DNA from: Eledone cirrhosa
Taxonomy: Eukaryota
Assembly (NCBI GenBank): GCA_964016885.1
Contig: OZ024752.1
Coordinates: forward strand, 6,386,001-6,450,000
Reading direction: 5' to 3'
DNA length: 64,000 bases
Shown here: in pieces, positions 25,821 through 40,677 of the stretch
Layout of the letters: the number at the start of each line of letters is the position of its first letter
Position numbering within the stretch: position 1 is the first letter of the stretch
Position numbers and translations under genes: made by a program
Notes under the pieces: model-generated
The model's input: only the letters and a program-made list of their open reading frames with translations
Told to the model about the DNA's origin: nothing
Databases searched by the model: none

Positions 25821-26213
25821 GGTGGTGGCTGCCAACTCGTTTTCGAGTACGGCCACTACTTTATATCCATGTAGGAGAACCCCTACCGATGTGCTGAACG
25901 AATGTGACTTTTTAGTCCAGCCAGCGACTTGAAAACTCTGGTACATTATTGACACATAGTGCTGGGCCCATGGTACCATGTGATGACAAGTGCAGAGAGA
26001 TCTCCAGATATAAAGCAATGCCTGTGCTGTGAAGCTTTTATAGTGAGCAAAGGCACTGCACAAAGCCAGTCCCACTCTCTTAACCAAGATGATATTTACC
26101 AAAAAGAAGAACAAGTCAACATCATTGGATACCATAAGGGTTGCAGGTGTTATATCAGAGTTTTCCTTCTCCTAGAATTCTGCCTTGACAAAGGCTAAGG
26201 GGTCATCTCTCCC
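25821..26213 (-). mobile_element. Non-autonomous RTE-derived element, copy 3 (5'-truncated)
   Basis: Reverse complement of the 3' ~400 bp of copies 1 and 2, with a small internal deletion. Confidence 0.7.
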
Positions 26214-26391
26214 AGTATATATGTATGTATGTATGTATATATGTATATATATACATATATACATATATACATATATACATATATACATACATACATACAT
26301 ATATACATACATATATATATACATACATATATATATATACATATATATATATATACATACATTATACACGCCTTATTATATATATAATATA

Positions 26392-26725
26392 TCATCATCA
26401 TCATCATCACCGTTTTACGTCCATTCTTCCACGCTAGCATGGGTTAGACGGGTTGTCCTGTTGTGGGCAGTTTCTGGTCGGCTGACCATGCCTTGCTCAT
26501 ACAGGAACTGATTTGGCTAGATTTCTACAGCTGGATGCCCTTCCTAACACCAACCTCATTTACAGTGAGTGCTGGGTGCTTTTTCGTGGCGCCTACACGT
26601 CCACTTTACAGTGTGGGCTGGGTGCTTTTTTGCCTTGGCACCTCCACGACCACCTTGCGGTGAGGGGTGTGGGGCCATATTGTCTATATGCTTCAGCTTA
26701 TACCCATGGGAGGTCGGGTACTCTG
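26392..26725 (-). mobile_element. RTE LINE 3' UTR/tail fragment
   Basis: (CAT)n followed by CGTTTTACGTCCATT..CTAGCATGGG and CTGGATGCCCTTCCTAACACCAAC, matching the 3' UTR at 1530-1679. Confidence 0.8.
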
Positions 26726-27108
26726 TATATATTATATATACATATATATATTATTTATATAATATATATATTATACTTACAATATATATTATATATAATA
26801 TATATAATATATATTTATATATATACAAATATAATACTTTTATATAAATACATAATATATATAATATATATTTTGTATATATAATATATATACATATAAA
26901 ATACTTTTATATATATACATAATATATATATATATAATATGTAATAATGATTTCATTTATTGGCCACAAGGGCCGAATATGTAATAATAAAAGGACGATT
27001 TGTTATGTCTTCATTACGTTTATTGAGTTGTGACATTTGTTTGGTTATTGATCAGCTCAAGGTTTGATCTGTATGGATTTAGCTCGTCTCTGGAATGAAA
27101 AGCTTGTT

Positions 27109-29792
27109 GGACCTCTGCTTTGGTCATGACAGGAAACTACGGACCTCTGCTGTTGTAATGACAGGAAACTACGGCCCTCTGCTGTTGTAATGACAGGAAA
27201 CTACGGACCTCTGCTTTGGTAATGATTGGAAACTATGGCCCTCTGCTGTGGTAATGACAGGAAACTACGGCCCTCTGCTGTTGTAATGACAGCAAACTAC
27301 GGCCCTTTGCTGTGGTAATGACAGGAAACTACGGCCCTCTGCTGTTGTAATGACAGGAAACTACGGACCTCTGCTGTTGTAATGACAGGAAACTACGGCC
27401 CTCTGCTTTTGTAATGACAGGAAACTTCGGCCCTCTGCTTTGGTAATGACAGGAAACTTCGGCCCTCTGCTGTGGTAATGACAGGAAACTACGGCCCTTT
27501 GCTGTTGTAATGACAGGAAACTACGGCCCTCTGCTGTTGTAATGACAGGAAACTACGGACCTCTGCTGTTGTAATGACAGGAAACTACGGACCTCTGCTG
27601 TTGTAATGACAGGAAACTACGGCCCTCTGCTGTTGTAATGACAGGAAACTACGGCCCTCTGCTGTGGTAATGACAGGAAACTACAGACCTCTGCTGTTGT
27701 AATGACAGGAAACTACGGCCCTCTGCTGTTGTAATGACAGGAAACTACGGCACTCTGCTGTGGTAATGACAGGAAACTACGGCCCTCTGCTGTTGTAATG
27801 AGAGGAAACTACAGACCTCTGCTGTTGTAATGACAGGAAACTACGGCCCTCTGCTTTGGTAATGACAGGAAACTACGGCCCTCTGCTGTTGTAATGACAG
27901 GAAACTACGGCCCTCTGCTGTTGTAATGACAGGAAACTACGGCCCTCTGCTGTTGTAATGACAGGAAACTACGGCCCTCTGCTTTGGTAATGACAGGAAA
28001 CTACGGCCCTCTGCTGTGGTAATGACAGGAAACTACGGCCCTCTGCTGTGGTAATGACAGGAAACTACAGACCTCTGCTGTTGTAATGACAGGAAACTAC
28101 GGCCCTCTGCTGTTGTAATGACAGGAAACTACGGCACTCTGCTGTGGTAATGACAGGAAACTACGGCCCTCTGCTGTTGTAATGAGAGGAAACTACAGAC
28201 CTCTGCTGTTGTAATGACAGGAAACTACGGCCCTCTGCTTTGGTAATGACAGGAAACTACGGCCCTCTGCTGTTGTAATGACAGGAAACTACGGCCCTCT
28301 GCTGTTGTAATGACAGGAAACTACGGCCCTCTGCTTTGGTAATGACAGGAAACTACGGCCCTCTGCTGTGGTAATGACAGGAAACTACAGACCTCTGCTG
28401 TTGTAATGACAGGAAACTACGGCCCTCTGCTGTTGTAATGACAGGAAACTACGGCCCTCTGCTGTTGTAATGACAGGAAACTACGGCCCTCTGCTGTTGT
28501 AATGACAGGAAACTACGGCCCTCTGCTGTTGTAATGACAGGAAACTACGGCACTCTGCTGTGGTAATGACAGGAAACTACGGCCCTCTGCTGTTGTAATG
28601 AGAGGAAACTACAGACCTCTGCTGTTGTAATGACAGGAAACTACGGCCCTCTGCTTTGGTAATGACAGGAAACTACGGCCCTCTGCTGTTGTAATGACAG
28701 GAAACTACGGCCCTCTGCTGTTGTAATGACAGGAAACTACGGCCCTCTGCTTTGGTAATGACAGGAAACTACGGCCCTCTGCTGTGGTAATGACAGGAAA
28801 CTACAGACCTCTGCTGTTGTAATGACAGGAAACTACGGCCCTCTGCTGTTGTAATGACAGGAAACTACGGCCCTCTGCTGTTGTAATGACAGGAAACTAC
28901 GGCACTCTGCTGTGGTAATGACAGGAAACTACGGCCCTCTGCTGTTGTAATGAGAGGAAACTACAGACCTCTGCTGTTGTAATGACAGGAAACTACGGCC
29001 CTCTGCTTTGGTAATGACAGGAAACTACGGCCCTCTGCTGTTGTAATGACAGGAAACTACGGCCCTCTGCTGTTGTAATGACAGGAAACTACGGCCCTCT
29101 GCTTTGGTAATGACAGGAAACTACGGCCCTCTGCTGTGGTAATGACAGGAAACTACGGACCTCTGCTGTTGTAATGACAGGAAACTACGGCCCTCTGCTG
29201 TTGTAATGACAGGAAACTACGGCCCTCTGCTGTTGTAATGACAGGAAACTACGGCCCTCTGCTGTTGTAATGACAGGAAACTACGGCCCTCTGCTGTTGT
29301 AATGACAGGAAACTACAGACCTCTGCTGTTGTAATGACAGGAAACTACAGACCTCTGCTGTTGTAATGACAGGAAACTACGGCCCTCTGCTTTGGTAATG
29401 ACAGGAAACTACGGCCCTCTGCTGTGGTAATGACAGGAAACTACGGCCCTTTGCTGTTGTAATGACAGGAAACTACGGCCCTCTGCTGTGGTAATGACAG
29501 GAAACTACAGACCTCTGCTGTTGTAATGACAGGAAACTACGGCCCTCTGCTTTGGTAATGACAGGAAACTACGGCCCTCTGCTGTGGTAATGACAGGAAA
29601 CTACGGCCCTTTGCTGTTGTAATGACAGGAAACTACAGCCCTCTGCTGTTGTAATGACAGGAAACTACGGCCCTCTGCTTTGCTAATGACAGGAAACTAC
29701 GGCCCTCTGCTGTGGTAATGACAGGAAATTACGGCACTCTGCTGTTGTAATGACAGGAAACTACGGACCACTGCTGTTGTAATGACAGGAAA
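27109..29792. repeat. 32-bp minisatellite, ~84 copies
   Basis: Unit GGCCCTCTGCTGTTGTAATGACAGGAAACTAC. Confidence 0.97.
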
Positions 29793-29964
29793 CCAAAATA
29801 TTTTCATTGTCCACTGCTGATAACCATGTAGTTATGACTTCCTTGCTCTGTGTTGTTTTTCTTTTGATGTTACTATTTTGTTTAAGATTTCCTGAATGCA
29901 CATGTCGATTGTATTTTATTATAGAATATGTATACATATATGTGTGTGTGTGAAGGGGATAAAT

Positions 29965-30545
29965 AGTTGTCACTAAACAGTTGTATCAGTTAAGTTACAA
30001 AACAGTTATGTCACTTAAATAGTTATGTCACTAAACAGTTATGTCTCTTCACAGTTATGTTACTAAACAGTTATGTTACTAAACAGTTATATCACTAAAC
30101 AGTTATGTTACTAAACTCTTTTGTCAGTAAATAATTGTCTCTTAACAGTTATGACTCTAAAACAATTATACCACTCAATAGTGTTGCTAAACAGTTATAT
30201 CACATAACATGTTACTAAACAGTTATGATACAACAGTTATATTAGTAAATAATTATGTTACTAAACAGACATGTTATTAAATAGTTATTGCATTAGTTAT
30301 GCCATTTAACAATTGTGTCACTTAAGTTATGTTACTAAACAGTTTTGTCACTAAACAGTTATATTACTAAACAGTTATGTCACTTAACAGTTATGTCACT
30401 TAACAGTTATATTACTAAACAGTTATATTACTAAACAGTTATGTCACTTAACAGTTATGTCACTAAACAGTTATATTACTAAACAGTTATATTACTAAAC
30501 AGTTATGTCACTTAACAGTTATGTCACTTAACAGTTATATTACTT
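29965..30545. repeat. 16-bp degenerate minisatellite
   Basis: Unit AAACAGTTAT(G/A)T(C/T)ACT. Confidence 0.85.
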
Positions 30546-30547
30546 TT

Positions 30548-30960
30548 TTGGACATCCTGCAACCTTTAAAGCCCTGCACTTCTTTAAGCAGCTGTCACCA
30601 CGTGACCATATCAGCACAGTCTTCTTTCTTCAACACAACATTTGATCCCACTTTTGCCCAGTTTCACCATTAATACATTTACACTTTGCATTCATGTACA
30701 TCTCTGTTACACATCCATCTGACCATATAGGTTTCATATCTTTCCAGTTTCTCTAGGTCCTTGGCATGAAGAACCTATGTTTCGCTACCATGTAGCATTG
30801 CTTTTTATTTTGAGTGAGAGACCTTTTGTAGTAAGCAGTGGCAGCAGGCCCCTGAACGTTTCGCAATCCATTCATACTCTGATAACTGTTCTCAGCCATC
30901 TCCACAGAACTGTGAAACCGGTAAAGTAAATAAATATTCTTAAAAGACTCCAGTTGCATT
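30548..30960 (-). mobile_element. Decayed RTE ORF fragment
   Basis: Minus strand gives GIKCCVEERRLC*YGHV and DSCLKKCRALKV, homologous to the C-terminus of the ORF at 1-1302. Confidence 0.7.
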
Positions 30961-31114
30961 TTCAAATTCTTTTCCTAATATTTTTACCCTTGTGAAACAA
31001 AAAAAAACCCCTAACTTTCTTATATATATATAAGTAGAAGTGGTATTTAATTTGTTGTAAGTCCGACAAATATAACTGATTTAGAGCACTCAACAAGTTA
31101 CTGGAGTAAATATT

Positions 31115-31210
31115 CAATGATATTAAATAAATGGAAACTATATTTATTTATATTTATGGTTTAATAAATATGGTTTTATAAATATAGTTTCCATTTATTT
31201 AATATCATTG
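31115..31210. repeat. Fold-back palindrome, 33-bp perfect arms, one-sided tail to ~31030
   Basis: CAATGATATTAAATAAATGGAAACTATATTTAT and its reverse complement, with TA tracts on both sides. Confidence 0.8.
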
Positions 31211-31350
31211 TATATATATATATATATGTGTGTGTGTAATGATTGTTACACAATGACTTTGATGTCTTTGAAATGTGCATAACAGGATGATGCAATAACA
31301 AACACAGTAACATGATGATGATAATAATAATAAGAACGTAAAGCGACATA

Positions 31351-31519
31351 CCGTATTTTCTGGCGTTGAAGACGCTACTTTTTTCCTAAAATAAGTATCA
31401 AAAATCCACCATGTGTCCTGGAGGCCAAAGGTTGTTTATTATTTTTTTTCCAAATTTTTGGTTGTCAAAATTAGGGTGGGTCCTCGAGGACGAAGCGTTT
31501 TTGGTGCCAGGAAATACGG
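31351..31519. mobile_element. Tc1/mariner-superfamily (pogo/Tc2-like) MITE
   Basis: TIRs CCGTATTTTCTGGC / GCCAGGAAATACGG flanked by TA on both sides. Confidence 0.8.
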
Positions 31520-32124
31520 TAAATCTATGCTGCAAAGCATGGTGTGCGTCACTCTACTGATGATAATAATAACAATAATGAGAATGATGGTTAATAATAT
31601 GGAAAACTCATTAATAAATTAAAATTCCCTTTTATTAATTGTTTTTCCTTTGTAACACCAGATATGACGACATTATTAAAAAAAGAAAAAAAAAAGTTCA
31701 CTTTCGTTCTTTTATGTATTTTTTTTTCCTAAGTTTGTCTGAAATCGTTTTTGTTTGCGCCTGCACAAATATAGGTTTCAGATAGACATCAAAAGTTCTT
31801 TTTATTTTAAATTAAAAATTTTTTTTCATTTCATTTCATAAAGTAAATTGCAGTACATTGATTTAAGTATTTTTTTTTGTATTAATTTGTGGGCCATATA
31901 GTGTGTAATGTAGAGCATTAGAGGGACTTTCATCAGAATACATGTGTAGAGGCATGTGTGTGATAATATAGGGCCTTTAACTCCTGATGGAATTGTAGAG
32001 GTGCCACCCTGACATAGGACATGCCTTGTGCATTTTAAAACATGGTGGCACCCATCCCTCTTCAGGTCTGATTATAGCCAACTCCTTCAAGAGAGAGAGA
32101 GAGAGAAAGGAAGACCTAGCCTCC

Positions 32125-32712
32125 AGTATGTTACTGGTACTTTATCAACCTCGAAAGGATGAAAGGCAAAGTTGACCGTGGCGAGATTTTGAATTCAGAG
32201 TGCAGTGAGTTGGAACAAATACCAAGACATTTTTAATCCAATGCTATAATGGATCTGCTAATTAGCCAGCTTCTATGACAGTAGACTTAGCCAGCTTCTA
32301 TGACAGTAGACTTAGCCAGCTTCTATGACAGTAGACTAGGCCAGCTTCTATGACAGTAGACTTAGCCAGCTTCTATGACAGTAGACTTAGTAAAATAACA
32401 GCAAAAAATGCAACATGGCTACTGAAGTAGAGAAAATAAAGAAATGAAGTACACACACACACACACAATAATTGGAACATTACTGCAATAATGATTTCTA
32501 AAGGCACAAGGCCAGTCATTTTGGGGGAGGGGAAAGTCGATTATTAAATCGACCCCAGTGCATTACTGGTGCTTTATTTTATCAACCCCGTAAGGACAAA
32601 TGACAAAGTTAACCTCGGCAGGGGGATTTGAACTCAGACTGTAAAGGACCGTAACTCTATGCTACAAAGCATGGTGTCCGACTTTCTACCGATACTGCCA
32701 ATCCACCGCCCA
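32125..32712 (-). mobile_element. Two Meta-core SINE copies (32125-32265, 32495-32712)
   Basis: CTGGTACTTT..AGGATGAAAGGCAAAGTT..GATTTGAACTCAG..CTGCCAATCCACCGCCC. Confidence 0.75.
32262..32390. repeat. 25-bp tandem repeat x5
   Basis: TTAGCCAGCTTCTATGACAGTAGAC. Confidence 0.9.
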
Positions 32713-33606
32713 TTACTGCAATAAAAAATTTAATAAGTGATAATTCTAACACAGTGTGGTTCAGAATAAAAGTATGAACCCAGATATATAATGTTCCCTC
32801 ATCATTACTAAATGCCTGTTCTCCCTGCTAACAAAGAATTGACCAGGTCATCACATACCAAGTAGTTAGTTAATCAGAACTATAATAAACATACAGTCTA
32901 ACTGTGACTATTTTAAGCTGTGTTATCATATATCTATGTGAGAGTATATCTTTATACACACATATTGTATATATTGGTCCATACATGCATTTATTGGTAA
33001 ATTTCTACCGCTATAACCAATAAATACACTTGAAGTTATCCGTAACTATTGAAATATCTGACACTGATTATAAATACTTAGTTTAAAGAGAAAATATGTC
33101 CTGTGTATAAATAAATAGTTAATTCTAAATTTAACTTTTTGTTTACCATTTTTCTAACGAAATCAACTGTTTATGTTAATTTAGAAAATACTGAAGAATT
33201 CAGGGAAATTTAATAATATAGTGGAACACTTTCATTATTAAACTATTTGGAACAGTATTTAAACATTCTTACATAAAATTATGATAAATTAAAATGAATG
33301 GTTTTAATTTAAATATAAACACTTTAAAACCAAGAACAATTTCAAATGATTGGTAGCAAAAGGTTATTCATTTTTTTGAAATAGAATAGAACTATGGTAT
33401 TCAGAGAGCCTTTCTGAGCTATTGTATTGGCACAGTTTCTATTTAGCACCCATTTTCCAGGTTTACAATGAATAAGATTGAGAAGGGCCCAAAATTTTAA
33501 ACTAGAAATAAGTAATATTAATTTAAAACAAATAAATTTACAATATTCTTTAAGAACATGAATAAACCCATGTTACATTTTGATTTAACTTTTAAGAAAT
33601 GTTTAC

Positions 33607-33651
<45 letters not shown>

Positions 33652-33791
33652 TTCTATCCCCTATAATGAAACACATACCTCTTTGTGTATTTTTATCTAG
33701 ATACTGATTTATAAAGAGCCTGGAATCTATCCCTTGAGCTCATTAAATTACAGGGGATTAACGCGAGTCTTTAACTCCGTTTTTTAATTTG

Positions 33792-33848
<57 letters not shown>

Positions 33849-35047
33849 GTAAAGTAATAGATTTATTGCAATATGCTTTTAGACAGAACAATTCTATTAT
33901 TTTATCGTGTAGGAATATGAAATGATCCAAGTAGAGTTAACAATAAACAAAACAAAGATATTCAACATGAAAGCCAGTTAGAGAGAAAGTGAATGAAATT
34001 TGGTTGTTTGTTTTCTTTTAAATTACAGAAAAGGTCTACTGGAAGACGTGAATTATATTTCAAAGTCTTATTAAAACTTAGAATTATATTAAAAAGGACA
34101 GGAAAAATCCTACACAAATAAATCTTATAATAAAACAAACATCTACTGTTAGAAAAACTATTTGGTAATCTTCTAAGAAGTGGTTAAATAGTTATAGAAT
34201 TGGACCTACAATCATGAAGTTACAAGTTCAATTACCAGATTATGTCCTTGAGCAAGACACTTTATTTCAGATTGTTCTTTCTGCCAGGAGTTGCAATCAG
34301 TAAATAGTATCAGCAATAGAAAGACCAATGGAAACATTGTTGTCATTGGTCCAATTTGATGAGTTCCACCTCACTAAGCAAGTGAGATTTGGGAATTTCG
34401 CAATTGTCTTTACTTCTTTCTAAGAACTTGTTTTGATTTCATTGGCATTAAGTGACTGAAAGAACAAAACCACCATCTCCTGGACAAAATTCCAGTCCAT
34501 CACAGTTGACTGGAGCAACATGAAATGAAGTATTTTGCTCAAGAACACAATGTCCCACTTGCTCTATGAATTGAAATCTGTGAGCCGTAACCATTATATC
34601 TTCTTTTAACAATATGGAGTAGTACGCCTCTTCTAAAATCCTATGAAACCCTTAACATATTTCTACCCATTTTGTACCCCTATAAAACGTTTAGTAGTAG
34701 TACTCAGTTATAGCGCTATAATTTACCAACTAAAATTCTAGAATCATACATTAGCAGAAAACATGTTAGCATTTTTGTCAAATATTTTATTTTTTTTATT
34801 TTGGAAGTAAAAATGTAAATTCTTCGTTCATCATACAATTATTTATATTTGATTTTAGTGTAACACTATGTTAGAGAAATTCTAGGAGTTGAAATAGGAA
34901 AATGTAGCAAGGAATGAGAGACAGTCTACAACTACAGTATGAAGACTAATGAAAACACTAAAATAGGAACAGATTTCCAAATTCAGCAATTCCTTTTGAC
35001 AATTTTATTGGTATTTTACATATTTATTTATTTATTTCAAATTTGAC

Positions 35048-35123
<76 letters not shown>

Positions 35124-35512
35124 ATGTATCTCTGTTGAAAATGTTAGGGGCAATTTATTCTTTGTTAAGTTTTGTATATATATATATTTTTTTACAATAT
35201 AAAAAAAGTCTGTAGCTATGGAAATGTCACAACATAGTGACAGACAACATAGAAACAAAAAACAATAAAAACAAATACAGTTTAAATATTCATTCATTCG
35301 ACTACATGTTCATTCTAATTATTAAATAAAACAAAGGAAAAAAAAACAAACAACAAAAAATAGAAAAATAAAAATTGCTCAATCAAAATCATTTCAAGCA
35401 AGAAGCATTTCTGAAATATGTTCATGCAATATTGATACAGGGCTTATGAAGTGATTTATTTGTATACATACACACATATATATATATATATATATACACA
35501 CATACATATACA

Positions 35513-35543
<31 letters not shown>

Positions 35544-35739
35544 TACCATATGTACTTGTATATAAATCACAGTAGTAGATAAGTCAAACTTCATTTGTGT
35601 TATATCAATATTTTGTTTAATATTTCATGTCTAGAGCAATGGTCAGTTGATATGTTGTATGTGACTTATCTATGAGAATATACAATGTATATATGTGTGT
35701 GTGTGTGCGTGTGTATATATATATATATATACATACATA

Positions 35740-35856
35740 CAAGGTGTGGCAAAAGCAATGCCCCGTTTTTATTTATATAATGAAAATTACAGTAAATCAA
35801 GAAAATTTTTCGTTCAGTTAATAAATAAAAAAGGGCGTTACTTTTGCTGCACCATG
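35740..35856. mobile_element. Short mariner-type MITE
   Basis: Imperfect TIRs CAAGGTGTGGCAAAAGCAATGCCC / GGGCGTTACTTTTGCTGCACCATG, TA-flanked. Confidence 0.6.
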
Positions 35857-35860
35857 TATG

Positions 35861-35892
<32 letters not shown>

Positions 35893-36919
35893 AACACATC
35901 AGACATATAAAATATGCTGTGCACTAAATCCGGTCATTTTCTCATCTTTTCAGTGATTTGATTTTTGTTTTGTTTTATGAAAGATGTTCTGAAAGGGAGG
36001 CTCAAGTGACAGATCAAACATAAAAGGGAGGCTCAAGTTAGAGATCTGATAGAGACAGATTAGACATAAAAGGGAAAAACATCTAGAAAAACATTACACA
36101 CACAACTTCTATTTATGGAAACTAAACACTATTTTACACACACACACATGAAATGAACCATCAAAAGCATGATCTCTCTTAAAATCCTGTAATGATTTAG
36201 CAGAAAATCTCTAAAAGTAGGTTTGTAAATTCAAATGTTTATAGTATCTTTACTAGTGGACAGATTTTTGTGAAAATTACTAGACTAAAGTAAAGACTTC
36301 AATTTTTAGGGTGATGCAGTCATAGTGCTATTTTTATACTTTTAAAGAATGTCTTGTTAATGCGATTTCATGTGGTACAGGACATTAAGAGTTAGAGTAC
36401 TAGAAAGATGGGAGCCATCTGCTTTATATTGCTGCAAATTAATTTACTTTCGTTCAGTTTTTGCCTTGAAATCTTGATCCTAAATACAAATACTTTGCCT
36501 ATGGCAAAAATGACATTTGGAATCAAATATTTGAAGAATATTTTCAAAAGAAAGTGGATTATATAGAAGTCATGAAAATTATTATTATTATTATTTTTTT
36601 TTTTTTCAGATAAAAATCTTAAGAAGCCATGATGTTTGAAATATTGAAATAAATCTTTAGAATTATTTATTTAGTAAAAAAAAAAAGGAGAAAAGGATGA
36701 GATTTTTTTGATTTAAAATGCCAAGATCTAAAGAGATTGCTACAATCTAGAATAGTGCCAAATATATATGTCCCTTTCTTTTGTTCCTTGATACTCTTGA
36801 AGGCTCAATGTGACCAGAAGTGGACGAATATAGAGTCATAAGACCAACATACATATGGGAAAATATAGAAATAAAATATGACCAGAAAAAAATTACAAGT
36901 CATTTAAATATATATCTTT

Positions 36920-37192
36920 ATATAGTAGTTAGTTCATATTGCTTCCTGTATTTCATACTGTCTCAGATGAGCATGAAGATACAAACTAAACTGGAACAGT
37001 AATTGTCAGACAACATAAACAATATATCTATGAGAAAAATGGTGAAATTAATATCTCTTTTCTCCAATTTTCTCATAAACTGTCATATTGTTTAACTGAT
37101 CTGATAGTTACTGATCCAGTTTTGTTTGCAACTTCAAGCCCTTCTCAGCCATTACAAGACACAAGCAACAATAATAAACTAGTTACTGTATG
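36920..37192. repeat. Old degenerate fold-back palindrome with tail to TA tract at ~37258
   Basis: AAACTGGAACAGTAATTGTCAGA..AAACAATAT..TATGAGAAAAATGGTGAAA is mirrored by TTTCTCCAATTTTCTCATA..ATATTGTTT..TCTGATAGTTACTGATCCAGTTT. Confidence 0.6.
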
Positions 37193-37278
37193 AAGACTTT
37201 TTTCTAACTCTTCTTCAAAGATTGAGCTCTCTCTAGACCTTTGGATATTTACCCTGCTATGTATATACGTATATATAA

Positions 37279-37320
<42 letters not shown>

Positions 37321-37747
37321 GAATAATTTTAGAGTTCTGTGAACGGGTAAAATATGGCTGGTTTGTGTGTTGAATAAAGTGTTAAGTCAAGTCTACTATC
37401 AATTTTAAAGAAGAAAAATAAGTATCAACTTAAAGCAGTTTTCTCTACAAAGCTAATGCTACAGTACTACTATTTCTGGTATTACTACATCTGTGTAGGT
37501 AAGTTGTTGTACTATTGTCATATTGAATAATAAGGAACCATCCAGTCAAATAAACTCCACAACTCACTGCTATCCCATCAAACCAATTGTCCAGTGACTT
37601 TTTAATAGGAAATATTCTCAATAAAGGATATTTATATTAACAGCAGAATTTCTTTAATAAGATTTACAGAAAAAGAAAAAAAAGTGGATTATAAAACATT
37701 ACTACAATTATTTTGGAATTTGAGGTGCACAGCACCCAAGTTGTATT

Positions 37748-37840
<93 letters not shown>

Positions 37841-37899
37841 GTATATATATATATGTATGTGTGTGTATATATATATATATATATGTGTATATATATGTG

Positions 37900-37972
<73 letters not shown>

Positions 37973-38616
37973 TATATATATATACTGTTGAAATTAAGCT
38001 CAAACACAGTATGTCTTCTTATATTTTATATGTGTACTGATATGTTAAATTCTGGCTGAGATATTCTCTGAGAATATAATGCTAAATATCAGCATATTGG
38101 CTTGAATTGTAACTGAACATTATCATCAGAATGCTGGGTAAATTACAGTAGTAATGCCTTCTTAAATAACTGGTATTATGTTAAAAATAACAGGGAGAAA
38201 TTCCTTTAACACTTTTAGTATTAGGGAGAAATTCCTTTAATACTTTTAGTATTAAAAGTATCAGATATAACATAAGGCTGTGTAGTATTATTTGGAAATA
38301 TTTTTGTAGGTTTTTTTGTACATTTTTTTCAACACTGGACAGTATTTTTTTGTCAAACTTCTAATGGGTAAAAATTAGTCAACAACTGAGATTTACAACC
38401 AGTATGCAATTAAGAAAGCTAATAAATTTCAAGAGAATTAAAAGTGAGCTGTTGCTTGATCGAATTATTATTATAACTGCAGTCATATAGGTTGACTGTC
38501 TTATATTGTCAGTGCACATGTATTATTAAATGAAAATATAGATAGATTCATGTTTACATAAAAAAAATTCATCAGCAATTTCAATTAAATACATACAATG
38601 TTGTATGTATTTATAT

Positions 38617-38752
38617 ATAATGATTGTTATTAAAGGTGAGTATTTACTTCAAGGTTTCACTGACGTTATCGGCTTATCAAAACAGTTTTGATAACAGCAG
38701 CAATAGCATTGGTGAAACTACAAAGTAAACAGTCACCATTAACGACAATTAT
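38617..38752. repeat. Degenerate fold-back palindrome
   Basis: GGTGAGTATTTACTT..GTTTCACT..TTATCAAAAC-A-GTTTTGATAA..GGTGAAAC..AAGTAAACAGTCACC. Confidence 0.55.
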
Positions 38753-38836
38753 TAACTTGACTCTAGACTGTACATAAGTCCTTAATTCAGTGTATGTTTA
38801 GTGTGTTTATCACACAAACCTATAAAAGAAGCATCG

Positions 38837-38873
<37 letters not shown>

Positions 38874-39734
38874 ATATATATAGTACTTACAGCTGTTTTT
38901 ATTTTTCTCCTTTATTTCACATAAATGTACATTTAGACTTGCATATCCACACACCCACACCCACACTTCAAATGTGTATAAAAAAATGTTCAGTCAACTC
39001 ACAATTTATAAGAATGAATTATATTTTAAAAAAACAAACAAACATGACTAATCAAAACCAACTAAGTTAAAAATGGAGAGTATCGAAGCCATAGAAAAAA
39101 AAAAAAAAAGAATTTATTACTTCTTAAATAAGGAAATATATTTCCTCGAGGGCTGCATGTGCGTATATACAGTTTGGAATCTGAGGATTATTTTTTCTAT
39201 GTCCACTTCCGGTAGATTTCTAATAATACAATAATACACATATTAAATCTTTCATAAACTAGTGTGTCCACACGTAATTGTTGGTTTGAACCAGTAGGAC
39301 AAAGTTGGCAGTTTATACACAGTTAAATATCAAAGATCTACTCGAGATAGGGTGTATATATAGGATTATATATGTGTGTGTATGTGTATGTATGTATATA
39401 TACCATCATCATCATCATCACTGGGTAACATCTATTTTTCATCCTTCCATGGGTTAGATATTATACATATGTATCATCATCATCCTTTTTTATGATGAAG
39501 ATGATATACACACACACACATATATATATATGCATAATATACACATACATATAATATAAATATATACATACACACACATATATATATGCATAATATATAC
39601 ATACACATACATGTATATATATACACATACACACACACACACATATATATATATACATGTATATATATATACATACACACACACACACATATATATATAT
39701 ACATGTATATATATATACACATACACACACACAC

Positions 39735-39777
<43 letters not shown>

Positions 39778-40342
39778 CCTATACATATATAACCACCATA
39801 TCTGTTAAGGTTTGTTTCACTTCCTGATCATGAAACAACATTGAGCTCATAATAATAATAATAATGGTTGTTTTTTTTACATAGGTACAGGGCTGGGTAA
39901 TGGGGGAGGGGGAGTCGGTGATGTCGACCCCAGTACATCACTGGTACTTAATTTTATCAGCCCACCTCTGTGTAAGGATGAAAGGTCTAAGTGGACCTTG
40001 AAGGGATTTGGATTGAAAAGTTAAACAATTGGAACAGACACCACAAGGTACCTTTGGCCGATGCTCAACCGATTTTGTCAATCCACAGCCCTTGATAATA
40101 ATAATAATAATAATAATAATAGTAGTAATAACAACAATAATAATATAAGGGCATGACCCCTCAGTTTTGTAGAGGAAGGGAAATATGCAGTTGTGATGTT
40201 CATGCTTTCTCAAGGACATTGGTGATGTAAGTGAAATGGTTCCAGCTGGGGATTGAAACCAAGTATACAGATTCAATTAACTGAGAACTCTCAGACACCA
40301 TTGATAGCCATCAGAAAATACAACAACAACAACAATTAAATC

Positions 40343-40382
<40 letters not shown>

Positions 40383-40624
40383 GTAATAAATGCAATAAAA
40401 ATGTTGTTTTTGAAATTCTTATGTAAAATAGTAAAAAAAAAATTGTTTAAAAGAAAAAAAAAAATAGACAAAATATCCCCAGAGTCTTTTTTTTAAGGAA
40501 ATTTTTGATATAAAAAATTGTAGGTTCATTGTCTGACAATGTCTTACGGCAATTTGTAAGGTTCATTCATAGAAGTCTGTAAAATATCTTCTGTTAAAGT
40601 GGTAAGACTTTACGATTATATGTA

Positions 40625-40677
<53 letters not shown>

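Noticed and set aside
27109-29792. 32-bp repeat array as CRISPR
   Set aside because: Units are directly adjacent with no unique spacers, the context is eukaryotic, and no cas genes are present.
38080-38135. CUGAUGA on - strand as another hammerhead
   Set aside because: No properly placed GAAA or stem III.
39125-39195. GAAATATATTTC hammerhead-like half
   Set aside because: No CUGANGA core in a compatible position.
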